Source: Geosiphon pyriformis uo1 (taxonomy: Eukaryota > Fungi > Glomeromycota). Taken from it: a DNA stretch of 64,000 nt. A program made the position numbers and the translations under genes. Where the stretch lies: positions 372,001 through 436,000 of the forward strand of contig JAAOMT010000046.1 of the NCBI GenBank assembly GCA_016748015.1. The letters are read 5' to 3'. Shown here one piece after another: positions 1-14,200 of the stretch. Within the stretch, counting starts at the first letter, position 1. Every line of letters starts with the position of its first letter. The notes beneath the pieces are model-generated. The model had not been told where the DNA came from. It ran no database searches and saw nothing but the letters and a program-made list of their open reading frames with translations.

Positions 1-948
1 TGAGAGTGGCCAAGTGTACAAAACTTGTAAGCTCAACCAAAAATGCAGCTTTTAAAGACATTTAAAAAGCAAATTCTACACAAAACAGCTTTATATTGTC
101 TTTTGACACTGATTTTGCACCTAAAAAACCATGTACTAACTGAAAAACAGTCTTAACATGAGCCAATTTAATCTTAAAAGTAGCATCAGGCACCAGAGTG
201 GAGGCCATCCATCCAGCAAATCTTTGACAACTAGTAATAGTTTCTCAAGCACCACCAGAAGTAGCACCAGAAACTAGAGGAGGAGATAATTCAGCTTCCA
301 TTTGATCAGCCCAGTTCTCAAAAACAGGTGACCCAACAGGAAGAAATTGTTTTGCTTCTAAAACCAATAATGATCTACTAGAAGACACCACATTTGGCAA
401 CACAGCCAGTAAATAATCTTGGCCCATCTTGGATAATGTACTGGATAATACTATAGAGATTTTATTTAAAATCTCATTGGGAACCACAAAGGGGTTTGGT
501 GTAACAATAGCAGAGACAAGTGACTACTCTCACTTTTCTGAACTTTTGGTTTTTTTAACCATTTTTTTTGAAGAAGTAGTACTAGCAGCACCAAAAAGTG
601 AATCTATGGAGGAAAAAACCAGCTTATTTACTGGTTTATTATTAAAAATTTTTGGGCTCTTAGTTAGAGTGGAGGCAATACTGGGACTAATCCAAATGTG
701 TTTCTTTAAGAGAACTTTGACTGGTGAGAAACCAGCCAAAGATAATGAAGATGCTTTAGTGGCTACCAAAGGCAGCTTTTTACAATTACTGGATAAAGAG
801 AAGGCTTCTAAAACATTCTGTCTAGTTGCTTCTATAACAGAAAAAGCTCCTCTGGTTGAAATTTTATTAGATATCTCAGGACAGATATCAGGTACAGCTT
901 TTTTACTCTTTGCTCTGGTTGTGGTCATAAAATTAAGGAGACAAAGAG
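1..948 (-). mobile_element. 5' part of ORF1-only LINE-related element (family A), running off the window start
   Basis: ORFs 530..928 (MTTTRAKSKKAVPDI) and 245..487 are near-identical to 29590..29988 and 49514..49699. It has the same short leader (cttgtctccttaattttATG). Confidence 0.8.
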
Positions 949-959
949 TTTTTTCTTCA

Positions 960-3040
960 TTTAAACAATATTAATAATAACAACAAAAAAAGTAAAAAAA
1001 TTTTTGATAACAATAATTTTAAAAAAGTTCTGATTTTATTATAAATATAAATACAATTTTTAAAAGAATTTAGATAATACTATTAAGAGTATAATAATAT
1101 AATAATTCTAAAGATAAAATAATTTATGGTTTTTTTATAAAAATAAAACTATTTTTTTGAGTATTTTTGTTAAAGTTTAAGTTAATAAGTTAAGTTAAAT
1201 TGTTTTTATAGTAAGTAAAAATTTATTTTAATATATTTATAGATTTTTGTATAAATTTTTTCTAGTGTATTTACAAAATTATAAAATTAATAATAATTAG
1301 TGTGTTTTTAAAATGCTTTATAAAAATTGGTTTTTACAGATTTTGGGTTAATTGTTTTTTTTAAATTGTATTTAATTTTCTTATTAATATAAAAATTAAA
1401 AACTAATTTTAAAAAAAAATAATTGGTAATTAATTTTAAGTCTTTTTAAAAACATTTGTATAATAGTATTATAAATTTTAAATGGTTGGTTTTTGTAAAT
1501 TTAAATTTTGTTATTTTTGTTAATTAGTATAATAATACTTTTGTTTTTTGTGAATTATATTTTACAAAGTGCACTAAGTAATTTTTAGAATTATAAAATT
1601 TTTTATAACTTAATGCTTAGTATAATTTAATAATAAATTTAAAAGTTTTTTTAAAGATTTTAAGTTGGAGTTTTTTGTACAATAAACAAAAATTCAATAT
1701 AATAATTAATAACACTTAATGTCTAACTTTTTTAGCATATTAATCAGTTTATTTTAGTGTTTTTTACTTTTTTATTAAGCAATTTTAGTTTTTTTAACTA
1801 TTTTTTTAGTGTTTTTATTAAACAATTTTTGATATTATAATCTTAATACTTTTAATTAATTAATTAATAATCATAAAACAAAACAAAGAAAAAATAAAAA
1901 TAAAAATAAAAATAAAATATAAATTAATATTTTATTAATAGCTATAACTAAGAACTATTGTTTCAATATTATTAATAATAGTATATTAATATTATTGGTA
2001 TTAATAACAAAATAATTGAATTTTAATAAAATAAGTCGAAATTTATAAAGTTGTGTTTAGATAATATGCTGTAATAATTATTTAAATTAATAATAGTTTT
2101 AGTATCTATTGTTTAATTATAAAAATTTATTTGTAAAGATAAAATTAGACTTGTTTTAATTAAATTTGTTTTTAATACTTTTATTATATATACATAAATT
2201 TTTATAATATAAAATTTTTGAAATTCTACAATTTTTTTAAGTTATTATTAAAATTTTTAGAATTTTTATTAGTATTTTTAGAATTTTTAATATTATATAT
2301 TTTAATAATTTTATACTTTGTTAAATTATAAATTAATAAAAAAAATATAGTTATTAAATTAAAAAATTCATATTATTTTGTTAAAATAAAAAAAATTAAT
2401 ACAATACAAATATGTTTTATTAATAATATTATGAATTAAAATAATAAATTAATGAATAACAAAAAAAATAAGATTATATAATAATAAAATTAATTAAAAA
2501 GTAATTTAATTTTAAGATACAAATTAAATTAATAAAAATTTAATATGTAAAATTATTTTTATAAATATTTCAATTATTTTTTTTCAAAAGTAATAAAAAA
2601 ATCTAAAAGTACAAAAATATTTCATATTGTTAATAAAAATAATACATTAATATAATTTTATATTTTATATTAGTACTTTTAAAATTTAATATTAAATAAT
2701 TGTATTTTTTAAGAAATATTTATTTAATAATTTTTTAAAATTAACAATTATACAACTTAGAAAAAAAATATATAAATACTAAAAAGTAATTTTTTTATTT
2801 ACAAATATTTAGATATTTAAAAAAAATTAAGAAAAAAAATAAACAATATAGAAAAATTAAATATTTAAAAATAATTTTGATTTTTTTATGTTTTTTTATA
2901 GTTAAAAAATTTATTACTTATATAACTATTTAAAATAGTCAATAATTAAGTTAATAGTTAGATTATTGTTTAGATTAATAATCAAATTAATAATTAAATC
3001 AATAATTAAATCAATAAACAAATTAATAACCAAATTATTA
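960..3040. repeat. Extremely AT-rich decayed TE relic DNA, including an inverted decayed copy of the 18048-18689 LTR family at ~2880-3030
   Basis: 2890-2990 aligns with the reverse complement of 18140-18220 with C/G replaced by T/A. 1980-2300 resembles the reverse complement of a Gypsy LTR. Confidence 0.55.
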
Positions 3041-3049
3041 AAAATAAAA

Positions 3050-6000
3050 TTTCTTTCTCTTATATCCAAAAACTCTTAAAAAGTACACTTATTGGATAGA
3101 AATTTTAATTATTTAGTACAATAAATCTAAACTTTTTTTGCTTGATTATAAGATTATTATTGGTTTTAGTATTATTATTATAGAAAATTTTATTAAGAAG
3201 TCTATCAAAAATTCCAGTTTTAGCAGCAATAGTGAACAAGTACTTTTTAGAAAAAAGAGGAAAAATAGTGCTTTAAAAGACAGTATTAATGACAAGATAG
3301 TTTTTCTTAATGTTTTAAGTAGTTGCTCTTAAAGCTCTAAGACTGGTAATATTATTAAGTCTAATAGTATTGATATGGAAAAGAAGTATTTAGTAAAAAA
3401 ACCAGTATTAATTATAGTAAAAGAAATATCTTTAATAGGAAGGACTTCAACTAATACTAAAAAGTTCATAAATAAAAACTAAACAAGTATTAGAAACATC
3501 TTTAAGTAAAATCAATTTTTTGAGTAATAATAATAATAATATTTTATTAAATGCTCTGCTTTCTTTTTTTTTTCTTTGAAAAATTTGGTTAATGGTTTTA
3601 TTAGAAAATCATTTATTTTGGATATTAGTCTAAATAATGTTGTTAAAAAGTCTTCTTTAGACAAATTTACAATAGTTAAAAAATTATTTTCCAAACTCAA
3701 TGGTTTTGAAAGAATGTTTATTACTTCAAAATTTGTTAAGATTATTAAAACAACATTTATTTTAGAATCAAGTTTGGCACAGATTTTTGATAAGATTAAA
3801 GATATAAAAATTTTGGTAAATACTAATCTTAAAAAATCTGCTGAACATTAAGATTGGGCTGTAGTAGTTAAAAAAATTCCAATTGAGATATTGGCTAAAA
3901 CCGTATGTATTGTACTGTTTGAGTTTAGATTAATTAAGTCAATTATAATACAATTGGTAGGATTGTAACAGAAGACTGTAATAAAATTTGAGCAGTCTAA
4001 TTATGTTAATTTGGTCACAGCAAAATAATCTATTCTGATCAAAAAAAATGCTATACAAGTTGCTAAAGCCAATTTAAACAAAAAAATATAGGATGTACAA
4101 GATTGTTATAAAGCATTATTCTATATACTGCTAATGGAAACTAATGCTCATAATATTTGAGACTTTATTGGGTTAATAAGTAGAAAAACATGTGCAATTA
4201 ATTATTATCCAGTTATATATATCCAAATTAGATATGTAGTCATTTGTTTTGATTTTGTTAAGTCTTTAAATATTGTTATAAAAATTTCACTAGTATTAAA
4301 AAATGCAAATTTATACTGATTTTATTTGAATTTTGCCAAGTATACAAAATATGAAAATTTAAAACATATTTTATTGGATTGTATTATAGATAGAAAAGTT
4401 CTTTCTGATGATCTGTCTTATAAGATTTTTTTAGATGCTGTTACAGATAATTATTTGGAGTTTCAAATCAAATAACAAACCCATAATTTGGTGCTTAATA
4501 GCTGATTTTATTGGTAATATCTGAAGGTTTTGGTTGAGTTTTTTGTATAATAGACAGAAATTCAAGTGTTGTTTTATCTGTAGCTTTCCAGAATTGCAAT
4601 TCCATCAAATTTTTTCTTCAATATGGTGGCCAGTTTATTCTGGCAGTTGTGCCTTTTTGATAAGTTATTCTCAATCTTTGAGTGTTCTACTCTTGTTTTA
4701 TGGGTCTTTTATTAGGTTATCCTTGATGTTAATAACTTAGAACTTAATTTTTAATCAATTAATATACAATAATAAACAACAATAAACAAAAGTGAAAGAA
4801 AATAAAGAAATAAGCCAAGGCAAAAAAGAGTTAATATTCTGTAAATAGCTGTAATCAAGAGTTATTATTCCAATATAATCAAGTATTAAATACTATCAAT
4901 ATGAAGTATTGATAGTGGAAAGAGTAATTTAGATGGTAAATAATTATTTATTGATATTGATAATTCTAACTAAGATGTTATTACTGAGAAATTTAGTATC
5001 AATTCTGTTTTTTTTATTTCTAATGCTCTTGCTATATATACATAATTTGGGTTTTACAAAATTACTTACATTTTTGAGTAATGTGCTATACTTTTTCAAG
5101 CAATGCTTATATTGTTAAGCAATATGCTTATGTGTTAGCTACTATTTGCTTATTGGTCTATCTGTTTTTTCTACTATTTTCTTGTATGTTTTTTCTATGA
5201 GTAACAATGTCGATAAAAGCAGACTTGCTGCCATTTATGTTAAGTATTTAGCATCTGTTACTTGTTTTGTCTTTTTTAATAATTTTTGAATTAAGATTGT
5301 TAATAAAACTTTGTTTTTTTTTTTATGTAAAATAATTCAGCAAATTTTGGCTCCTCTTTGGAAATAAAGTTTCTTTTACTTATGCCAGTAAAATTAAATA
5401 ATAAGTTAGCTGCTTTTGAACACAGTCTTGTTAGTTTTATAAAACAAGTTAATAAGCTAACTAAGAGGTTAAATATACTCAAATTAATAGTTTTTTAGCT
5501 TAATTCTAGATGTTAGCTATTAATAATCTTTTTATTACAAAATTAAAAGATGAATACAATAATAAGTAAGGGTTTGAATATAACCACTTGTAATAAAACT
5601 GTAGCAGAAGCAGTATCTTTAGATTTTTCAGTAGTTTATAAGTTAGAAAACAGTTTAAAGTGTCTTTTAGATACAGTTTTAGACTTTTTAACCAAGATAG
5701 ACAAATTTGGTTTGGTTTTGAAATCTTTTTTATCTTAATAACCAGCAATAATAGTAACTGAATTTTTTATTTTTTGCATTAATTGGTTTTGTATAATATC
5801 AGTCTGGCACCCAAATTCTCATATGTGTGCTGGTTTTATTAACAAGGTGTTTTCAGATTTGTGCACATATTTTATAAAGACTATACATAAAAAATTATTG
5901 GTTACTGTTAAAAAGAAACTTTATAATAGAAGTTATTCTAAGTTTTGTGTCTAATATATAATAAAATAGAATTTTCTGATCATGTTTTTATTTGTTTGAG

Positions 6001-6625
6001 TAATGCTAACTCTTATGGAAATATAGTTTAAAAGATAGTTTTTTGTTAAAAAGCTTTGGTTAGTACTGGTATACTTCTGGTTTTAGTAGTTATTTGTGAT
6101 TTTTAGTCGAGTTTGTCAAATGTTAAATTGTATAAACTTTTTGGTAAAGATTTTGTTTTGAAATTCTGGTATAAAAAGGCAGTAGTAGTTTTTAAGAATA
6201 AAAAAAAGACTGCTTTAATAGTGGTTGACTTTGTTTGTAAATTTGTTGAATAATATAAGACAGTAATATAAACTTTTAGATTTAAGTTTAGAGTAAATAT
6301 AAAATATAGCAGCTTGATTTGTGATTTAGATATAGTTTTAAAGCTGTCAAACTTCTTATTATTTTAGTTATCAAATAGTATGATTTGTTTGTTTGGAGTT
6401 AATAAGACATTTGCAGTTAGTTTTGGTTTTTATAAGCCTTGTTTGTTTTTTTTAAGCTTAAGTAGTAATGTTTTGGTTCAAATAAGTATATAATATGATC
6501 TTAATTGATTTGAATAATCAGTTATATATAGAAAACACATGAATTACATCTAGTTAGAAACTTTTAGTTTGTTTCTGTGTACTAGTTAATAATGAGACTA
6601 TACTTATTAAATCAAATAATTAAAT
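3050..6625 (+). mobile_element. Internally deleted LINE (ORF1 + only the ORF2 C-terminal Zn region + 3' tail), degenerate, interrupted by a solo LTR
   Basis: ORF1 fragments (IRKSFILDISL, SKFVKIIKTTF, VNTNLKKS) are homologous to 57501..58367. After the ORF1 end (~5738) the sequence jumps to the WHP..HMCAGF...LHKKL...SDHVFIC region of ORF2. LINE 3' tail at ~6490-6625. Confidence 0.75.
4439..5206 (-). mobile_element. Solo LTR of the Gypsy-2 (40219-49513) family
   Basis: TGTTAC...GTAACA termini. The reverse complement matches LTRs 40219-41094 and 48635-49513. TSD ATGC (4435-4438) / ATGT (5207-5210). Confidence 0.88.
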
Positions 6626-9600
6626 TAAATTATTAATTAAATTAATAATTACTTTCTAAAAATAAAGTAGTTAAGTTTATAGTTAATATATATAATAATT
6701 AATAAAAATTATAGTTTTTAATTATAAAATATTAAATATTACAAATTAATAAAATAAAATCTGTTTTAAAAACCAACTTTTTTTATAATTAATATTATTT
6801 TAAAATTTACAAATTTTAATTTATATTTTAAAATAGATTAATTAATTTTAAATATAAACAGAAAATATTTTTTATTATATTACTTTAATTTTAATTTTTT
6901 TTTATATTATTAAATAACTTATAATTAAGATTTTTTGTAAAAAAATTGGCTTTTATTATAAAATAATTATTTAAAATAATTGGCATAAAATTAATTATTT
7001 TATTATAAGTTTAATAACACAAATAATTCAAAATATAAAAAATATTTTTGAAATAATTAACTTATTAAAAATTTAATAATCTTTATTAACAACAAATTTA
7101 ACACAAACTTAATATTAACAATAGTAAAAAAAATAAAAAATCTCTAATAATACTAATTTTAAATTTTTTAATTTATATTTTGCTAAATTAAAATTCAGTT
7201 TTGCCAACTTTATAAAACAAATTAATAAAAAAATTAAATGTATTTAAACCAATAGTTTTTTAGTTTTGTTTTAAATATAATCTATTAATAATTTTTTAAG
7301 AAAAAAATATAGTAATAAAAAAAGTTTAAGTGTATTTTTTAATAATAAAACTATTAAATTTTTAAAATTAAACAAATTAAAAAAATAAAGATAAACATTA
7401 AAAAACTTTATTTTTTTTTATTTATTTTAATAAATATGGCTTAATTACTATTTAACATACAAAAACAAACTAAATAAATTTAATTAAATATAATTCACAT
7501 ATTTACTACATATAACTGGCCATTTGAACCAGTTAAGATAATATTATGCACTTATATAAATCTTTATATTATTATCAATATCTAAAAAAAGAACAAGTTT
7601 TATGTAAACCAAAATTAACAGCAAATAACTTAATAATACCAAGCAAACAAACAACTCTTATTGACAAAAAACTAGACACACCACAAAAAACAGCAGAAAT
7701 TACTTTTATGTAACTAACTAGACTATTTTTTCCATGTTTACTCTAAACTTTGTTCTAAATAATCACAACTTATTTTAATGTTTTTAGCCAAATAGCAAGC
7801 AAAATTACCTATTATTAATACAGCTCTTTTTCTGTTGCCAAAAATTAAAACTGTTTTTTTTGTTTAGTTCTTGAAAACAAAATTTTTGTACAAAATTGCA
7901 TAAATACCAACATCTGAAATTTCTAAAAAGAAAGTACACAATACTAAAAACAATAATAAAAAGCAACTTTTTACCAAAAACTTTTACAAATTAATATAAT
8001 TTAATAGAATTTCAGAATACATAACAGTTTTTTTGAGCAAATAAAAACATAATTAAGTAATTTGATATTATCACACATTAAACACAATATATCTAAATAA
8101 TTTTTATTATAAAGTCTCTTTCTAACAACAATTAACAGTTTTTTATAAACTACTTTAATCAAATATGTGTAAAAAACAGCTAAAATCTTGTTAATAAATC
8201 CTAACAATATATAAAAATCCGGATGTTAGACTGTAGTAATACTATTTTAGTCTATGTTTTGAATTATTGAATTATCTATAATCTTTGTTTTAGGCTTAGC
8301 TTTCTATTGAGCATAATAAACAGTTTAATAAATATTATACATAAAATAACAAACATTTTTTGATACAACCAGACCATCAGCCATAACAAATCTTTTATGA
8401 ATTCTGACTGGAAGAGCAAAATAAAAATATATAGCATTATAAACAAGAGCATTAGTACAATTATTGCTGTGTTCTCTAAATAACTTTTGATTTTTATTCA
8501 TTTAACAGAGATATTTTTTGACTTAATTAAATTGGCTATATAATGTTTCTCTATTCAATACTTGTTTTAAAAATCAGGCAAAAAAAATTTAAACTTTAAC
8601 ACATATGTATTTATAACAGTTTGGCTGTCTATATGTAAAACTACTAAACAAAAAAAAATACACTCTAATATTAAGACAATTGTCTGCAATTTTGATATTA
8701 TTAAAGACAAAAGCCCATATACTTTAACATTTATATCTATCTCAACATTAGAAAAATAAGCCACTATTTTACTAATTACTTTTGCAATACTCAAATACTT
8801 TAATAAATTATCAGTATAAATATTAAACACACCTATTCATAGCTTATACAAATAATTTTAAACATCCAAAAACTTTTTTGTGCAAAAAAAATTCGAATAA
8901 TCAAAGACAAAAGAAGTTTTATCAGATTTAACAAAGATATTATTCATATATAATGAAGTTTTTTTAAACTATAATAATATTGGGCCTTTAAAATTCAACT
9001 TTTTTTAATAACAAAAAATCTTTTAATTCATAACCAAACTATGTTTATTCAATAATCTATTATTAAAAACTATGCTAAAACACTTTAAAAAACAGACTAT
9101 ATTATAATAATAAAAAATTTCCAAAATTTTGAATATTAAAAAACAACTAGAACTATAAAATATGTTGAACAAATTATTGGTCAGAGAAATTTTGTTATCC
9201 AAAAAAAATTTTATTATGTTTACCAAATAATTATTTATAGAATTGACTTTTAACTTAATTGGAAATTGCAATAGGTTTATAAGTATTCAATTTAGAATTT
9301 ACAAATCTAGAAAGTAGTGTTTGAATAACTGGCTAAAAATCTTAACTGTATTAGAAAATTTAGCTACAAAAACTGTTTTGCTTTCTGTATACATCTAAAT
9401 AAAAAACTTTAATTCATATAAAAACAGATGATATAAAGCTTTATTAAAAAAATCTTTTAACAAATTGGCCTTAGATCTAAATTTTTTATGTAATATAATA
9501 TCTTATTGTTAACATACACTTTTAGAAATAAAACTAAATTACATCTAATAATATACAATAAGCTATAAAACTGCTAAAACCAAGTAAAAAAACTGTTTAT

Positions 9601-10384
9601 TTAACAATATTTTTTTGAAAACCAGATTTAAAAAAACTTAATATCTAAATATACTTTAATAAGGCTTGGCTTAAACATATTTTTTATTAACAAAAAAATT
9701 TCTAAATACTAATAAGATTTTTCATGTTTAACAATAAAAATTGGTTAATTACTAATGCTTAAAGTGATATTCAATGCTCTTTGGTTAATAAGAATTGCTA
9801 TTATTTTGTTATTATTAATAGAAATATTATTGATTCTAAAAAACTTATTGGCAATGTCCAAAATATATTGTGTTAATATCTGACTATTTTTTATCTAAAT
9901 TATATTATCAACAAAAGCATTAACTATAAAAAAAAACTTTTTCTTATTATTTTTATTCTGCCTATTTTTATCACAAAGTTAGTATTAATTTTATATTTAC
10001 ACAAATTTTTATGTTTCTTTACTTTATACAACAAAAAATTGTAAAAGATTTTTCAAAAAGGTAAAGAGAACATCTTATTTTAATCCAGTTTATTTTGTAT
10101 TTTGTAATCATCTAAAAGACCAAAATTAATCATTATTCTATTAATTTTGCCTATGTGTATGTTTCCAAAAAACCTAATAAACTTGGTGTATATCCTAATA
10201 CACTTCAAACTAATTTCCAAATAATATTATTTAACTAAATCATATGTTTTGCATATATTTTGCAAAATTAATCAAAGATTTTGTTCTTTTTTTAATGTAT
10301 TTTTTACTATTAAACCAACAATAAACACAAGAAACTAAGTCGAAATATCTTTTAAAACCAAGAAATTGTTATCTTAAAAGACAT

Positions 10385-11262
10385 AATTACTTATAAAAAT
10401 TTAAAAATTCTTAATAAAAATATAAAAATAGCCAATTAAAGATAGGCATAATAAGAAAAAAATTTCAGAATTTCTTTCAAAAAATTGCAGAATTCCAAAA
10501 ATTTTAAGATTTCTTTCAAAGAATTACAAGATTTCAGAAATTTCAGAATTTTTGGCTAGAAGAATTAAAAAAATCTAAGAATTATATATATATAATGAGA
10601 ATGTTAGAAAAAAAAAAAACAGAATTCAGTTTAGAAAAAAATTAATTATTCAATATACACAATTCATTAATTATTTTATATTTTTTTCTTTAAAAAATAG
10701 TTTTCTATAACTTGAAGTGAAATTAAATCACATATTAATAAAATATTAATCATTACTTAAATCCATGTTATTATTGCTTAATTAAAGAAATATTAATCAC
10801 TTCTATTTTATTAACACTTTATGTTAATAAAATTCAATACTTAATTATACTGGACCAATAGCTCTTGATCATAGCTATTAACAGAATACTAAATTTTTTA
10901 TTTTTTTTATTTTTTTATTTTTTTCTCTTTTGTTTGTTGTTTATTGATTGATTAAAGAATTAATGCATAGAGTTATTAATGTCAAAAAAAATTGATAAAA
11001 GACCCAAAAATAAAGATAAAAACTTGGAATTTAAGAATAGTTTACTAAAAAAAACTGGTCATCAAGCTGAAAAAAAAATTCACAGAATATACTTCCAGGA
11101 AGATACTAAAACAACTATTAAATCTCTGTTTATTATACAAAAAACTCAACTAAAACTTTTAGATCATGAAAATCTTCAGATATTATCAACAATCACTGGC
11201 TATTGAGCACTAAGTTACAAGTTTGTTATTTGTACCAACACTTCAAATAATCATTTGTAATA
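10385..11262 (+). repeat. Gypsy-0 5' LTR
   Basis: Direct repeat of 20111-21012; ends TGTAATA, followed by tttggtgc PBS. Confidence 0.85.
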
Positions 11263-14200
11263 TTTGGTGCTTTTTGTGAGGTATAATCCAACAGAAAACC
11301 AGCACCAAAAACAATCATCTGAAACAGTGACAAAATCAGAAAAAATAGAGACAAACTACTTGGGATTTGCAAAAACTTTATTTTAACACTATTAAATTCA
11401 CTTAGGATTAACAAGTAACTATTGGCCAGCAGAATCAACTTTCAACTTTTACATCAATAAAAAGATTAAGTTTTATTTAAAAAACCAAGGAAATTTGGAA
11501 GCAGTACTTAACAATTTTTATAGTAAATTACTCTAAAGTATTATGTTTCTGCAAAATTATTTGTTCACTCCAATAATTACAGAAATCAACAGAAAAATTG
11601 AGAAGCATACCAAACAGCAATTTCTTATTATCTTTGCAGATAACAAAAAAAGAAAGTTATAAACACCAGGAGAAATACCAAAGAGAATACAACCATTTAC
11701 TTAGAAGAAACCAAAAGTTATTTTACTCATTCACTTATCATAATATCATATATTAGAAAGTATCATACACATACTATTAGGATCTGTATTATAATCAACT
11801 GTGAGAACACCATTATCTTAAGTTTTGTTTTAAAGCCAACAAAAAAAGCCAATTTATTAGGAACTTATAGCAATTTCTTTGAAGGATTTAAATTATAATC
11901 AACAATTTTATCAGGACTTTAATTACTGCCACCTCAACCAAATTTTAGAGCCACTAGTTCTTAGAAAAGAACTAATTTAGAAGAAAAAAAAGATAAAAAT
12001 CAAGAAGTTAATTATCAAAATTCAATTCTAAAAAACTCAAGAATCCAAAATCTGATTATTCAGGCTTAGCAAAACCAGAACAATTCAAATTCCACTTTTA
12101 TTGTTTTCCAAAACTTATCTCTAATAATTATAATTGATCCACTACCAGTTGTATCAATTGCCAAACAACAGCAACAGCTGCAATCACAACTTTAACAACA
12201 ACTACAACACCCACTTTAACTACAACAGCCAATCTTAGCTTCAATGGCATATACCAATTATCAAATTAGAAAAATTTACTAGTAAAGAAGATAATGCCCA
12301 AGCATAGCTAAATAACATGGCTAAAGCCATTATGACCAATAGATAAGACAATGTCAGAGCCCTACAAACTATTCTATATTTTTACAGGATATTGCTAATT
12401 TGTGATATCAGAGCTTAATCAACAAATCCATAACTTTTGATGTATTTAAAACTGAATTTTTAAGATATTTTAGTAATAATAACAACATTAATTATTTGGC
12501 TACTGCTTTTACCATCATTAAGCAAAGAGACACTAAAGTCATTACTATTTATTTAGGATGCTTCCATAGAAATCTGTGCCAAAATACAAGCAATTGACAT
12601 AAATTACTTCACAGTACCACAAATTTTGAATCAGTTTATTTGCAGTCTGTACAACAGTCTCCTATAATACATACATCCATTATATTTCTAAACACTCTAA
12701 GACACAGTTACATATGTCTAAGATTTTAAATTGACCAAGTTAAAAGCCAACTATGCCCAAGCCACTAATCTAGTAATAAATAAATTATCTGATTTAAACT
12801 TCAAGTTAAAACAATTTAGTGATTCTATTAACCAGAAATTAGAAAAATACTTAGTTAACAATTAAGCAATATATTAATCTCTGCAATAATATGACAATTC
12901 AGAAAACTTTAATCAATTCTAAAATCAGTTACACCTCTTATTCTTATCAACCAATTAATCATGGCAGCAAAAAATGCATATCTGCTACAATTGTGATAAA
13001 CAAAGTTATTTAAAAACCAATTGCCATGTTAAATTTAATAACCAATAATTGGGAAATCAATATTGAAATCCTAATTGCCAGTTCCAAACTCTGAACTACA
13101 GTTCAAATTAAGACCACTTTTAGTCTCATTACACCCAAGTGATATAATCACCAATATATGCACTTCCTTTCTATTAAACTCCAGCTCTAGTTATCTATCA
13201 ATCACAGTAACCACAGATAATTTATCAAATTTCAATATTAGCACTGCCACCCAACTCAGCTCAAATATTATCTAGATGTCAAAAACCAAGAATTACTCAC
13301 ACTCAACAAAATTGGAAATTAACAATAATTATGCACTAATCAATCTTCAGTTTATTATCACAAACAACAGAATTATGCCAGTAGAGTTTGGAAAATAGGA
13401 ACACCCAAAACCTGAATTTTCAGAACTATTTAAATTTTTTAGTCACCCCAGAAACCAGCTTATCCAATAACTTAAAAAGCCCAAAAACACAACTTACTAG
13501 GAATATTTTATTAACAACTATTACTAAAAATGAATTACTTACAGTCATATTTCTATTTAAGATAAAAGAATCAACAATATTACTTTTATTCAGTAAAGTT
13601 ATTTTTGATACCAAACTCATTACAGCAATATATACAACTGCCAAAGTTGATAGTCACCATATTCAGCTAATTTTTAATAATAATTCAGCAAATAACATTA
13701 TTACTTGACAACTTATAGACCAATTAGGTTGTCAAATTAATTGTGCTACCAGTGTCAGAATTATCATCACTAATAGAATAACAAAAACACCTATTAGTGA
13801 AATTGATGACTTTTTGGTTGAAATCAATAACATTACAGCACTAATCAAAGTGTTAATGATAAAAGCCACACAGTACTAAGCTTTATTTGGTAATGATTGG
13901 CTATTCAAAACCAATGCTGTGCTTAATTAAAATACTCAAGAGCTACAGCTCAGTAAAGATGATCTGCAAACTTGAGTATCTATTACCTGTGGCCACTTTA
14001 AACCATTCACTACTTTTTAACTGCCAATAATTAAATAAAAAAAAAAAGGAAAAATTTATCTGAGAAGCATATTAGATTTTATAGGCTGAAGAAAATCATA
14101 ACAAGCTACTATCAATCCTATTATAAGATAACAAAAAGAAAAAAAAAAAGAAGAACAAACCACAAGTTACTACCAACATCAGCAAAACCACTAATAGTTG

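Noticed and set aside
429-974. 181-aa + strand ORF (and its counterpart 29733..30089)
   Set aside because: Antisense shadow of family-A ORF1; its end is not conserved between copies.
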